A stretch of DNA of 64,000 nucleotides, taken from the sequence record MH791398.1. The stretch is one strand, 5' to 3'. Below the pieces are notes generated by a model. It saw nothing but the letters and a program-made list of their open reading frames with translations, did no database searches and had not been told where the DNA came from. This document shows, in pieces, positions 44,607 to 53,913 of this stretch. How positions within the stretch are numbered: the stretch's first letter is position 1; each line of letters starts with the position of its first letter. The position numbers and the translations under genes are program-made.

Positions 44607-46133
44607 ATGAAATATCCACATATGACTTCCGACTTCTACAAATGGGGTCACATTGATCAGTATGTTAATGGAACCGAACTGGTAATCGCCAACCTAACAC
44701 CCCGATCTGACCGTCTGGCTAATACCATCCATCAAAACGGGAAAATGGTATTCTTTGGTCTGCAATTCTCCCTACAATATATGGTTGAAATGTGGGATCA
44801 AAACTTCTTCAAGAAGTCCAAAGAGAAAGTTATTCGTCGTTTTGAACGTCGTGTAAAAAACTCAATCGGTAAAGACCACGGCGATTCCATGATTAAAGCC
44901 CTCAGCGACCTTCATGATCTGGGTTATCTGCCTCTGGAAGTTCGTGCAATTGAAGAAGGCAACTGGATCAATATGGGTATCCCGGCTTTTGTAGTTAGTA
45001 ACACCCTGAAAGAGTTTTTCTGGTTGGTTAACTACATGGAAACCTTCCTAAGTGCAATGGTATGGCCCATGTGTAATGCTGCCGTAGTATCCGCTCAATA
45101 TCGCAAGACCTCTAACAAGTGGGCTCCGGTAACTGGCGCAAATGATTTCTGGGCTCTGATTGCAAACCACTGTTTCGCCGCCCGTGGTCATCGCGGTATC
45201 GAAGACGCCACTATCTCCGGTATGGGTCAGCTTCTGTTTAGTGCTGGTACTGACACTGGTTGGGCTATCGATTACATTGAAGACTATTACGGTGGTAATA
45301 GCGATGAGGAACTGATTGGTTGTTCTGTTAATGCATTCGAACACGCAACCGCAACCCAACGTATCGCTTACTTCCGTGGTCTTGGTTTTGAACATGCAGA
45401 ACGTGAAAGCCTCCGCCGTCTTTTCACAGAAACTTATCCGACCGGGATCCTGAGTTACGTTGCGGATAGTGAAGATTATTATCGTCTGCTGTCGGTTGAC
45501 CTTCTGGCACTGAAAGACGAAATCGAAGCCCGTCAACCGGATTCAAACGGTCTGTGTAAGTTTGTAGTTCGCCCAGACAGTTCCCCCAAGACTCCTTACG
45601 AGGTGATCATGGGTGACCCGGAAGCAGAAGATGAGAACGAACGTAAAGGGTCTCTGCAAATCCTGTGGGATATCTTTGGTGGTACTGTGAACGAGAAGGG
45701 TTTCCGTGTTCTGAATCCGAAAGTTGGTATCATCTACGGTGAAGCGATTGACGGTGAACTGCAAGAGAAGATCTATGCTGGTATGGCTGCTGCTGGCTGG
45801 TGTGTTTCCAACGTACTGATGGGTACTGGTAGCTGGGGTTTCCTTAAGAATGCATCTCGCGATAGCTTCTCTATTGCAATTAAAGGTACTCACTCTATCG
45901 TTGATGGAATTGATATCTCCATGCAGAAGAACCCGAAAACTGCGTTGAACAGTAAGAAATCCGCTCGGGGTCGTCTGCGGGTTGAAAAAGTCGATGGTGA
46001 TTATGTTCTTTTCGAGAACCAAACCGCCGACGAGTTCAACCAAGGAGAACTGAAACTTGCTTTCCGTGATGGTAAGATTGTTAACTTCCAAATCTGGAAA
46101 GACATCCAAGCTCGTGCTCTGGCTGGTCTGTAA
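44607..46133 (+). CDS. Nicotinamide phosphoribosyltransferase-like enzyme; probable Namat (NARP1)
   Basis: TSDFYKWGH, FFGLQ, HCFAARG, EH, SYVADS, VVRPDS, IIYGEAI, RDSFSIAIK, KSARGRL. Confidence 0.92.
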   Translation: MKYPHMTSDFYKWGHIDQYVNGTELVIANLTPRSDRLANTIHQNGKMVFFGLQFSLQYMVEMWDQNFFKKSKEKVIRRFERRVKNSIGKDHGDSMIKALSDLHDLGYLPLEVRAIEEGNWINMGIPAFVVSNTLKEFFWLVNYMETFLSAMVWPMCNAAVVSAQYRKTSNKWAPVTGANDFWALIANHCFAARGHRGIEDATISGMGQLLFSAGTDTGWAIDYIEDYYGGNSDEELIGCSVNAFEHATATQRIAYFRGLGFEHAERESLRRLFTETYPTGILSYVADSEDYYRLLSVDLLALKDEIEARQPDSNGLCKFVVRPDSSPKTPYEVIMGDPEAEDENERKGSLQILWDIFGGTVNEKGFRVLNPKVGIIYGEAIDGELQEKIYAGMAAAGWCVSNVLMGTGSWGFLKNASRDSFSIAIKGTHSIVDGIDISMQKNPKTALNSKKSARGRLRVEKVDGDYVLFENQTADEFNQGELKLAFRDGKIVNFQIWKDIQARALAGL

Positions 46134-46193
46134 TAAAATAGAAAGGGGTTGCGTATTGCAACCTCAACACAACTAAAATAAAAGGTTAATATA

Positions 46194-46478
46194 ATGGCTA
46201 AGATGAATAAAGAACAAACTGCAAAATTTAATTCACTGTTTGAAGATACCCTGAGTTGGGGTGATAGTACTTGCACTGGGTTGTTTGAATGTCTGGGTGG
46301 TCCAAACCTCGGTTATCTGGCGACTGAGATAGACGGGGACGATTTGCAGATTTTTGAATTTACTGGTTCTTACTGGGAATTCTTGGGTTCTATTCCTATT
46401 AACTCAAAGACAAAAGCGAAGTTCAAAAAGATTGTTCTCCATCTGATGGATAAAGATTTCGATACTCTGGAATTTTAA
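46194..46478 (+). CDS. Hypothetical protein
   Basis: AAGG SD. Confidence 0.55.
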   Translation: MAKMNKEQTAKFNSLFEDTLSWGDSTCTGLFECLGGPNLGYLATEIDGDDLQIFEFTGSYWEFLGSIPINSKTKAKFKKIVLHLMDKDFDTLEF

Positions 46479-46482
46479 ATGA

Positions 46483-46518
46483 AAAAGGGTTGACTTGGGT
46501 CAGCCCTTTTGTTATTAT
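46483..46518 (+). terminator. Terminator hairpin overlapping an early promoter
   Basis: AAAAGGGTTGAC-TTGG-GTCAGCCCTTTT; TTGACT(46490)-N17-TATTAT. Confidence 0.7.
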
Positions 46519-46549
46519 ACACCCACATAATGTTGTAGGGGATTTTTAA

Positions 46550-47530
46550 ATGCTTGGTACTGTATGTATGACTGGTATTTTCGATAAGTCTAAATCAACT
46601 TTTACCGCTCATAAAGATACAAAAATGGGTACGGTTACCAGAAAAAGTATGATGCAGATATGTGGGATTGACGACCCGTCACTCCTTACATTGGATGTGG
46701 TATCTAAAAATTCTATTAAACTAAAGGCAAAGCTGATGCCTAAAGTTAAACAAAATCTAAATGCTTTGTACAACCAACTGGTTTTTGTGTCTGGTATGCC
46801 AACTGAATGTCATGCTCTGCGGATTAGTTCAGATCTACTTCCGTTGTTTGACCACCCAGTGTTAGGGTCTCTTTACGATGTGGATATGTTATCCGTTGTG
46901 GACATGTTGCTAAATCGTTGCAAAAAAGTAATTGATTCAAACGGTATCGTGATATCTACTCACCCGGATCAGTTTGTTATCATCAATTCTGTCGGCGAAG
47001 ATACCAGAAATCAATCTTTTGCTACCCTCATGTATCACAAATATTTTATGGAACGGTTGACTACATCAGACAAATCTTGTATTAATATTCATCTTGAAGG
47101 CAACTTAGATCATCTCCCAGAACTTGATAATGGTCAATATTCGGATCTTATTCCTTGGCTCTCATTTGAGAATAGCGATAAAAACGGTAAGATCTTCACG
47201 GGGGACACCCAAAATACGTTGCTTATTTGTGAAAAATATGGTATAAAAATGTTGTATGACTGTCATCACCATCTTGTTATGACCGGTGAATTTTTGGATG
47301 TTGATTCATCTACGTTTGAACGAATCCTTTCCACTTGGGGAAACCAAAAACCGTTTTTCCACGTTTCACAAAGCCGTGAAGTAGACAAAGTATCCCGCTC
47401 ACATAGCGATTATATTGATGATCCTATGGTCATCCAACAAGCTAAAATCCTGTCTGGTTTGGGTTGTCTAGAAGTTGAAGCGAAAGCAAAAACATCTGCT
47501 GTACTGGATTTATTTTCAAAAATTGGTTGA
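46550..47530 (+). CDS. uvsE: UV-damage endonuclease (UvsE/UVDE family)
   Basis: LRISSDLLP, STHPDQF, FENSD, YDCHHH, FFHVSQ, HSDYI and EVEAKAK. Confidence 0.88.
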   Translation: MLGTVCMTGIFDKSKSTFTAHKDTKMGTVTRKSMMQICGIDDPSLLTLDVVSKNSIKLKAKLMPKVKQNLNALYNQLVFVSGMPTECHALRISSDLLPLFDHPVLGSLYDVDMLSVVDMLLNRCKKVIDSNGIVISTHPDQFVIINSVGEDTRNQSFATLMYHKYFMERLTTSDKSCINIHLEGNLDHLPELDNGQYSDLIPWLSFENSDKNGKIFTGDTQNTLLICEKYGIKMLYDCHHHLVMTGEFLDVDSSTFERILSTWGNQKPFFHVSQSREVDKVSRSHSDYIDDPMVIQQAKILSGLGCLEVEAKAKTSAVLDLFSKIG

Positions 47531-47667
47531 TTTCACGTCCCAACTTTTGTAATATAGCCCATGAAGAAACAAGAAGGAGTTAATCAAAACTCAAATGAAT
47601 GACGGTTCTTATGGCGTAAAAGAAAAAGTTTCTGTTGGTATTCGCAAATCTTATGAGGATTAAGATC

Positions 47668-47889
47668 ATGATGTATAAGTTCAAATCAGAAGAAGCTATG
47701 AACCAATTTGTTTCTGAAATGCCGCGTACAGATCAACACAACCTACTGCTTGCTGGTATTGTTGGTCTAGACCCTTTCCGTGTTCATGACGAACCAGCAT
47801 ATAAAGATTTGGGTGGATTTTGGGTTAGTAAAGGTGGACAAGATTTCTTCATCACCGACTATGAAAAACAATTCTTGGTGAGGGTATAA
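47668..47889 (+). CDS. Small protein (YKFKS paralog family)
   Basis: MMYKFKSEEAMNQFVS; GAGGA SD. Confidence 0.6.
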   Translation: MMYKFKSEEAMNQFVSEMPRTDQHNLLLAGIVGLDPFRVHDEPAYKDLGGFWVSKGGQDFFITDYEKQFLVRV

Positions 47890-47891
47890 TT

Positions 47892-48131
47892 ATGATTGAA
47901 GTAGGTAAAAAGTATCGGATCACAACACCGGTTAGTGAGAGACATATCGTTGGTGTTGGTGACGTTATCGAAGTGTATCACGTTGGTTGGCTTGGTGTAA
48001 AAGCATTTGGTATCAGTAAAGACCAAGATGGAGACATATACGACGGTTTCCTTTTGTTTGATGTTCCGGGTGGATATTCTAAAGATGAATATTTCAAACT
48101 TGTAGAAGAATGCTTGGAGGAAGTAGAATGA
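47892..48131 (+). CDS. Small acidic protein (EVGKKYRI...LEEVE)
   Basis: GAGGG SD. Confidence 0.6.
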   Translation: MIEVGKKYRITTPVSERHIVGVGDVIEVYHVGWLGVKAFGISKDQDGDIYDGFLLFDVPGGYSKDEYFKLVEECLEEVE

Positions 48132-48289
48132 AAAAGCTAGGTCATCAATCAGATCGAGAAAAGATTTTGAATCGTACCTTTAAAATGTATGTTCGGAAAG
48201 GTCGATATACCAAGGAGGATTTCCATTCTTTCTGTCATTTTGCAAAAGGGAAATCTGAATACACTCTTCTTAACCTTCTGGGGGTTTAA
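48128..48289 (+). CDS. 53-aa hypothetical protein (not in the ORF track)
   Basis: ATGA overlap; fills the gap exactly. Confidence 0.45.
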   Translation: MKKLGHQSDREKILNRTFKMYVRKGRYTKEDFHSFCHFAKGKSEYTLLNLLGV

Positions 48290-48291
48290 AA

Positions 48292-48567
48292 ATGGAACTG
48301 AATTATATTTATGCAGATAAACGTATCTTGACTAACGTTCGATATGACTATGATTATACATCATATCCATGGAGAGCCTTCCAATCCGATGGTTATTCTT
48401 TGTTGGTGTATAAGAAAGGTGATATTGTTTACTCCATGGAAATCGTTGATAAAGACGTTTATCGGGATAGTATGTATTTTGGGTTTAAATGTGATAACTA
48501 CTGCTCGATCAATCCAAGTATTTATCTATTTGACGTAACTAAAATGGATATGAGTCTTCAACCATGA
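48292..48567 (+). CDS. Hypothetical protein
   Basis: GGGGG SD. Confidence 0.5.
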   Translation: MELNYIYADKRILTNVRYDYDYTSYPWRAFQSDGYSLLVYKKGDIVYSMEIVDKDVYRDSMYFGFKCDNYCSINPSIYLFDVTKMDMSLQP

Positions 48568-48749
48568 GAAATATGACAAAGCAAGAGATCCGAGAGAATT
48601 TGATTCGTTGTGTGGGTGTCGACAATAAGAAACATCGATGCTTACCATGGGAGGATAATTGTCTTTGTGGTATCCGGGTTAAGATCAAAAATCCTAATGA
48701 AAAACAAGAAAGTAAGTACGAATTTTCTTGTTATGAATGTACTTATTAA
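48564..48749 (+). CDS. Small Cys-rich protein
   Basis: HRCLPW..CLCG...CYEC. Confidence 0.5.
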   Translation: MRNMTKQEIRENLIRCVGVDNKKHRCLPWEDNCLCGIRVKIKNPNEKQESKYEFSCYECTY

Positions 48750-48759
48750 GAGGTAAAAG

Positions 48760-49305
48760 ATGATTAGTTTAGTTTTTGCGGTTGGCGAACAAGGGCAATT
48801 CGGGCATTGTGGTACTATGCCTTGGCCCCATATCCGAGAAGATATGCAGAAATTCAAAGACGTAACTTCCAAAAAAGTTCTGATTATGGGTCGAGGGACG
48901 TTTGAATCTCTCCCAAGTAAACTTAAAGATCGTATGCATATTGTGTTATCATCTAATCCTGATTCAGTCACTAAGAGTGGTGAGGGTCCGGATGTTATCT
49001 CTGATGATATGGAGTTGATCAATCAGATGATTGAAGATAACCCAGAAACTGATTTTTGTGTTATTGGTGGCCCGAGTATGCTTTATCATTTCATGTCTTC
49101 TGGAATGGTTGACGAAGCTCATGTAACCGTTATATCCTGCGCTACAATGCCATCTAAGCAATTCTGTGACGTAAACCTCGATATGGGGTTGGTCAAGGAA
49201 ATCTCAAGCAGTATGTGTATCATGGATAGTCAGGTTCTTACCACCAAAGAGGGACTGAGTGTTGTATATACTCATTTCAAAAATTTCAAAAAGGAAAGTA
49301 AATGA
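48760..49305 (+). CDS. frd: Dihydrofolate reductase
   Basis: GQFGHCGTMPW...EDMQKFK, IMGRGTFESLP..L.DR and VIGG. Confidence 0.93.
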   Translation: MISLVFAVGEQGQFGHCGTMPWPHIREDMQKFKDVTSKKVLIMGRGTFESLPSKLKDRMHIVLSSNPDSVTKSGEGPDVISDDMELINQMIEDNPETDFCVIGGPSMLYHFMSSGMVDEAHVTVISCATMPSKQFCDVNLDMGLVKEISSSMCIMDSQVLTTKEGLSVVYTHFKNFKKESK

Positions 49306-49595
49306 ATATCAATGAACTAATCGAAAAAGAAAATCCTACTGTTGAAGAGTCCATTTTTGTGCAAAATTTTATGATCGACGCGATGGTTAAACAGTTGGAA
49401 CACCAGCGAGAAACAATCAAGACACATGAAGCGACAATTCAAAGTCTAGTTGAATCAAATACGGAACTCCGCGCCGGATTTACCGAAATGCAGCTTGCTA
49501 TGACGTCTTTCTATGAGCAGATGGAAAACGTTAAGAGTTCTACTGAGGCTCTTGGGGGTTATAGCAAATCTACCGGCGGGATCTTGATGCAATGA
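49302..49595 (+). CDS. Coiled-coil hypothetical protein between frd and td
   Basis: ATGA overlaps on both sides. Confidence 0.6.
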   Translation: MNINELIEKENPTVEESIFVQNFMIDAMVKQLEHQRETIKTHEATIQSLVESNTELRAGFTEMQLAMTSFYEQMENVKSSTEALGGYSKSTGGILMQ

Positions 49596-50464
49596 CATTA
49601 CTCCCACAAGGTAAGTATGAATCAGAATATTACAATCTAGTAAAGAATGTTTTTGAATCTGGTCACGACATCTTTAACTCCCGTACTGGATATGTTTGTC
49701 GAACTATCCCAACTCATATTATGGTTTATGACCGTTGTCCGATGATTTCTCATAAACATGTTTTCTTCAAGATGTTTATCGCTGAGTTTGTTGGTTATCT
49801 GAGAGGATATACAAGCGCAAAGCAATTTCGTGATCTCGGAACTCGTACATGGGATGCCAACGCAAATGAGACCAAAGCATGGTTAGCCAATCCAAACCGA
49901 CTGGGTGAGGATGATATGGGTAATGTCTATGGTGCAATCGCCCGTGACTTTGGTAACATGGGTGGGGAATACGACCTACTCTGGGATGTGTATGAAGATC
50001 TAAAAGCTGGTATTGATAATCGCGGTGAGATCATTACCTTTTGGGATCCTTCTCGGTTCGAAGAAGGTTGTTTGCGTCCTTGTATGATGATGCACCAGTT
50101 CCAGCTTATCGGTGATACCCTTCATCTCACTTCGTATCAACGTAGCACTGACATCCTTCTAGGTGGCCCCGCCAATATGCTCCAAGCATGGTTTTTCCTA
50201 GAACTGATGGCTAAGATTACTGGTCATAAGGTTGGGAAGGTTACCCATGTTATGAACAACGTTCACATTTACGAAAATCAATTTGCTGCATGTGAAGAGT
50301 TTTTGAAACGAGAACCACACCCACTCAACAACCCTGTGTTGGTGTTTGACGATAAATGTGTTGATCTGAACTATGTACTTGATGAAAAGAACAAAGTTTA
50401 CGATATTGTAACAATTGATGGTTATCTTCATAACGGAAAACTAGATATTCCGTTTGCTGCTTAA
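49592..50464 (+). CDS. td: Thymidylate synthase (Vibrio/Pasteurella-like ThyA subtype)
   Basis: WDANAN, GCLRPCM, YQRSTD and NVHIYENQ. Confidence 0.95.
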   Translation: MTLLPQGKYESEYYNLVKNVFESGHDIFNSRTGYVCRTIPTHIMVYDRCPMISHKHVFFKMFIAEFVGYLRGYTSAKQFRDLGTRTWDANANETKAWLANPNRLGEDDMGNVYGAIARDFGNMGGEYDLLWDVYEDLKAGIDNRGEIITFWDPSRFEEGCLRPCMMMHQFQLIGDTLHLTSYQRSTDILLGGPANMLQAWFFLELMAKITGHKVGKVTHVMNNVHIYENQFAACEEFLKREPHPLNNPVLVFDDKCVDLNYVLDEKNKVYDIVTIDGYLHNGKLDIPFAA

Positions 50465-50470
50465 AAATCT

Positions 50471-50510
50471 AGCCGAAAGTGTTGACACGCTTTCGGCTTT
50501 TCTGTATCAT
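50471..50510 (+). terminator. Terminator with the -35 element of the next promoter at its apex
   Basis: AGCCGAAAGTGT-TGAC-ACGCTTTCGGCT-TTT; TTGACA(50482)-N17-TATCAT. Confidence 0.75.
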
Positions 50511-50539
50511 ACTTATATGAACTTAATAGGAGACATTCC

Positions 50540-50854
50540 ATGAAAACACATTTTGTTTTAGTTGCTCTTAATCCTGCATCTGGTGACGTGGAAAACTGGA
50601 TCATCCCAACCGAAAATGATAAGTCCGGTATGGACGTGTCCATTTCCTTCATGGAATCAAAATACAAAAAACCCGTAGAGGTTTATTCGTTCGAACGAGT
50701 TTTGACTTTCTCGTGGAATTGGGGACTGTACACCACAGAACAAAAAACCCATTGGGTAAACTCAAATCTCAATTACATGGTATATAGTACCGAAAATGGG
50801 TTCACCGAATATGGAAAATCCTTGTTTGTTGAACCCATATACGACGAGGAATAA
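50540..50854 (+). CDS. Hypothetical early protein
   Basis: AGGAG SD. Confidence 0.6.
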   Translation: MKTHFVLVALNPASGDVENWIIPTENDKSGMDVSISFMESKYKKPVEVYSFERVLTFSWNWGLYTTEQKTHWVNSNLNYMVYSTENGFTEYGKSLFVEPIYDEE

Positions 50855-50856
50855 AA

Positions 50857-51519
50857 ATGTACACTCAAATTCATAAAGATACTGCGGACTATTTTGGTTA
50901 TCCGATCTGTCTATCTCTTGCTATGACTGGTATCAAAAGTATGATTAACCACGAATCGTCTTATGTTCAGGAGATAGAATCAAAACTAAAATCAGTAAAC
51001 CGCGCTCCGGTTTTCAGTCTATGGGATTATGATTTCATCATCACACAAACCCATTCGGGGAAGAGAATTCTCAATATTTTAAACAAAAATATTACACCAG
51101 CATATATCGGGGTAATTGACCTCGGGAACTGTTGGAAAGTTAACCTACGCGAGTTGATTGAAGTAGCATCTGACCTTTACAAGACATTGGTAGATGAGGG
51201 ATTCGATCATAAGAAATATTTTATTAAATCCTTCGTACCAGATGCACAATTTGAGATGACGGAGTTCTTTTTATCAACCAAGGTCTGGTCTTTGAAATTA
51301 GGTTCAGAAAGTACCTTTTACGCGACTTTCTACTTTTGTCATAAAATTAGGATGAGTATTTCCACCGGATTTTATAATCCACCTTTAATCACAGATTGGT
51401 TTACTGGTACTGTTGGAAGTAAAGAAATGACACGATGGACTGATTGGTATAAATTCGAATCTTTGGAAACCAAGTTAAAGCGCCATTCAGCGATCCTTGC
51501 CGCACAGGTTCTTGTATGA
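50857..51519 (+). CDS. Hypothetical protein
   Basis: GAGGA SD. Confidence 0.6.
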   Translation: MYTQIHKDTADYFGYPICLSLAMTGIKSMINHESSYVQEIESKLKSVNRAPVFSLWDYDFIITQTHSGKRILNILNKNITPAYIGVIDLGNCWKVNLRELIEVASDLYKTLVDEGFDHKKYFIKSFVPDAQFEMTEFFLSTKVWSLKLGSESTFYATFYFCHKIRMSISTGFYNPPLITDWFTGTVGSKEMTRWTDWYKFESLETKLKRHSAILAAQVLV

Positions 51520-51989
51520 GATACGTTTTCTTAGATGTTGATGGGCCTCTGAATAACTACGAAACTTCGGAGGTTACCCACACAAACCAAACGTCGTCAT
51601 ATGTCTCGTCAGAAGCGGTATGGGAGGTTGTTGATGGAATCATATACCTTATATGTCCATGGATGTTAAACAACCTGTACGACGTTCTGAGAGCTTATGA
51701 CGACGTTAAACTAATCGGGATCTCTTCTTGGTTTCGGGGTGGTGTTGTTGACTGTGTTGGTTCTACAGTTTTCACTGAAATCACCGGTCTTAAACTAGAT
51801 GGGGTAATCGGCTATACAGGTGGTGGTGAATATCGGTTTACTTGTGCAGAAGAGTATGCTAAAGTTAGGGGTGTTGAGAAATACGTTATTATTGATGACC
51901 TTCGATATGACCATAGTCATTTGGTAAAGATCCATAGAGAGGGGTTGTCTTCTGAAAAAGCCAAAGAGGCTATAAGGATGCTAAAATGA
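51516..51989 (+). CDS. HAD-family domain of the Swiss-Army-knife RNA-repair type
   Basis: VFLDVDGPLN, ISSWFR and YVIIDD...EGLS. Confidence 0.75.
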   Translation: MRYVFLDVDGPLNNYETSEVTHTNQTSSYVSSEAVWEVVDGIIYLICPWMLNNLYDVLRAYDDVKLIGISSWFRGGVVDCVGSTVFTEITGLKLDGVIGYTGGGEYRFTCAEEYAKVRGVEKYVIIDDLRYDHSHLVKIHREGLSSEKAKEAIRMLK

Positions 51990-52333
51990 AATTTTCAAGA
52001 GAGTCTGGTGAATATAGTGTGGAATCAAGGGATATACTCCCTATTATTGATGAGCACGTTCGAACCAGAATGGAAAAGCACAAATCGGAATTGAACGCCA
52101 TTGAGGACAATGAAAAATTTGTCATCGAGTTATCAAAACTATTTTATATCTATAAACCAACCGATCAGGTTATAGATGAAATTAGCGATGAAGTATTAAA
52201 ATTATACCCGAATGTTAACGTTGATGATTTGTATTATTGGATTTATGAACAATATACTTTGGAATTGGTAAATTTTAATATTTCCACTCGGTTGTTTCGT
52301 CGCTCTGATATTAGGAATAAAAAGAAAAAATGA
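51986..52333 (+). CDS. Hypothetical protein
   Basis: ATGA overlap. Confidence 0.5.
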   Translation: MKFSRESGEYSVESRDILPIIDEHVRTRMEKHKSELNAIEDNEKFVIELSKLFYIYKPTDQVIDEISDEVLKLYPNVNVDDLYYWIYEQYTLELVNFNISTRLFRRSDIRNKKKK

Positions 52334-52656
52334 TTTATCATGATACTGAAAAATGTTGTATGAATGAAAATGGAATGATTATTGCTAAAATCATGGAGGA
52401 ACGTATTGTACCTGCATTGTCTATTTTCGACAACCTACCTAAGAACGAAATAGAGGAACCGTTGCAGGCGGCTTTTTATGATTTAACACGTAGTGGTTAC
52501 ATTCAGGAAATTTATCATTCTGAATTTTGTAAATTACAAGATGTCGAAATTCCTCTGACCCAATCAATTCGCCATGAGATCCATTTAATCTATACCTCAT
52601 GTCTCAATTATCAGATCGTGAAATATAAGATGTGTAGAAGTTTTAAGGGTGAATGA
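52330..52656 (+). CDS. Hypothetical protein
   Basis: ATGA overlap. Confidence 0.5.
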   Translation: MIYHDTEKCCMNENGMIIAKIMEERIVPALSIFDNLPKNEIEEPLQAAFYDLTRSGYIQEIYHSEFCKLQDVEIPLTQSIRHEIHLIYTSCLNYQIVKYKMCRSFKGE

Positions 52657-53023
52657 TATGCTTCCGGGGTTTAAGAAGATATCGAAGTTGTATCTAGACG
52701 ATCAGGGTTTGTTATCAAGGGATATGCTAGTCCCAACTTATTACCAAAATGTGGTATACGCATTTGTAAGAGGATCTAAAATCCTCTACATTGGTAAAGC
52801 AAATGATCTATGGAAGAGATTCGATACGTATAGGAATTGTGTAAATTGGAGAAACGCCAGACAATCTAATGTCGACAAGAACAAAAAGATGGTAGAGACT
52901 ATCAACAAGGGGAATTTATGGTTGTATGTTTTCCGTTCTTCTAGTATGATGTTGGATATGGATGAACAGCGGCTGATTCGGGAATATCGTCCTGTTTGGA
53001 ATATACATTTTAACGGTGATTGA
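52649..53023 (+). CDS. denA: Endonuclease II (DenA), GIY-YIG family
   Basis: NVVYAF...LYIGKANDLWKRFDTYR and MDEQRLIREYRPVWNIH; lies between td and rnlA as in T4. Confidence 0.8.
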   Translation: MNDMLPGFKKISKLYLDDQGLLSRDMLVPTYYQNVVYAFVRGSKILYIGKANDLWKRFDTYRNCVNWRNARQSNVDKNKKMVETINKGNLWLYVFRSSSMMLDMDEQRLIREYRPVWNIHFNGD

Positions 53024-53363
53024 TATGAAAATTATTGATATTAATATTTGGAATGACTTCGAAGGTTACGAAGAAAAAGCCGGTGGTAAGACCTTTGCAT
53101 ACATCGAATCCGGATTAGAAGATAAGGATAAACAAGAATATGTACTTCATAGTGTAGCCTCTATGCTGGCTACAGTACAAACAGAAGTTAAGTACAATTC
53201 TTATTATCCAGAAAGTGAGTATGGGTACAGTCGTTGGGAACTCGTTCTATATGGAGTCAATGAAGAAAAGATTTGTGCCATTTGTGATTATTTTGGTCAA
53301 CTAAACCATATTATCCACCTTGACGACGAGCCATTTTCTGTTGAAGTATATTCAGAGAGTTAA
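53016..53363 (+). CDS. Hypothetical protein
   Basis: Overlap-coupled; alternative start at 53025. Confidence 0.55.
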   Translation: MIDMKIIDINIWNDFEGYEEKAGGKTFAYIESGLEDKDKQEYVLHSVASMLATVQTEVKYNSYYPESEYGYSRWELVLYGVNEEKICAICDYFGQLNHIIHLDDEPFSVEVYSES

Positions 53364-53365
53364 AA

Positions 53366-53605
53366 ATGAACAAAGATATTAAAATTGGCACTTTAGTAAA
53401 ATTGGATCCAAAAAGCCCTTGGGCATATGATGGTCATGGTGGGGAGACGAACCCTGTTGATGTAATTGGTGTTGTTATTCCGGTTCCACAATACAGAGTA
53501 TCTGAATGGTCAACTGAGCCGGGGTGGACTTGGGTGCAGTGGCCCAACGATGCCGATAATTGCTATCCTGATGAAGAAGATTGTTTGATTGAGGTAGAAG
53601 AATGA
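53366..53605 (+). CDS. Small acidic SH3-like protein
   Basis: IKIGTLVKL...WVQW...CLIEVEE. Confidence 0.55.
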   Translation: MNKDIKIGTLVKLDPKSPWAYDGHGGETNPVDVIGVVIPVPQYRVSEWSTEPGWTWVQWPNDADNCYPDEEDCLIEVEE

Positions 53606-53838
53606 AACATGATGCAATTTTAAAAAATTCGTCTCCATATCCGTTTAACGAAAACAAAGCACTTGGTTATGTTTTTTGTGATACCAAAAATCGTTTTAAT
53701 GATGGCGAGCAAATAGTTACCTCTTTTATCATCGAATATATTCGGGATTGCAACGATGTAACAACCCATATTGTAACCAAGTCAGGAACAGTTTATAAAC
53801 TGGTGTATGGCGATATGCAGGATAATAGTGACATATGA
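53602..53838 (+). CDS. Small protein; paralog of 54793
   Basis: MKHDAIL...GYVFCDTKNRFNDGEQIVTS...TKSGTVY. Confidence 0.65.
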   Translation: MKHDAILKNSSPYPFNENKALGYVFCDTKNRFNDGEQIVTSFIIEYIRDCNDVTTHIVTKSGTVYKLVYGDMQDNSDI

Positions 53839-53913
53839 AATATATATTGATCGTAACCATTTTTCTGGTTATTCTATTTGCGGGGTGTTGGGGACACGCA
53901 CCAATGTCTATAC

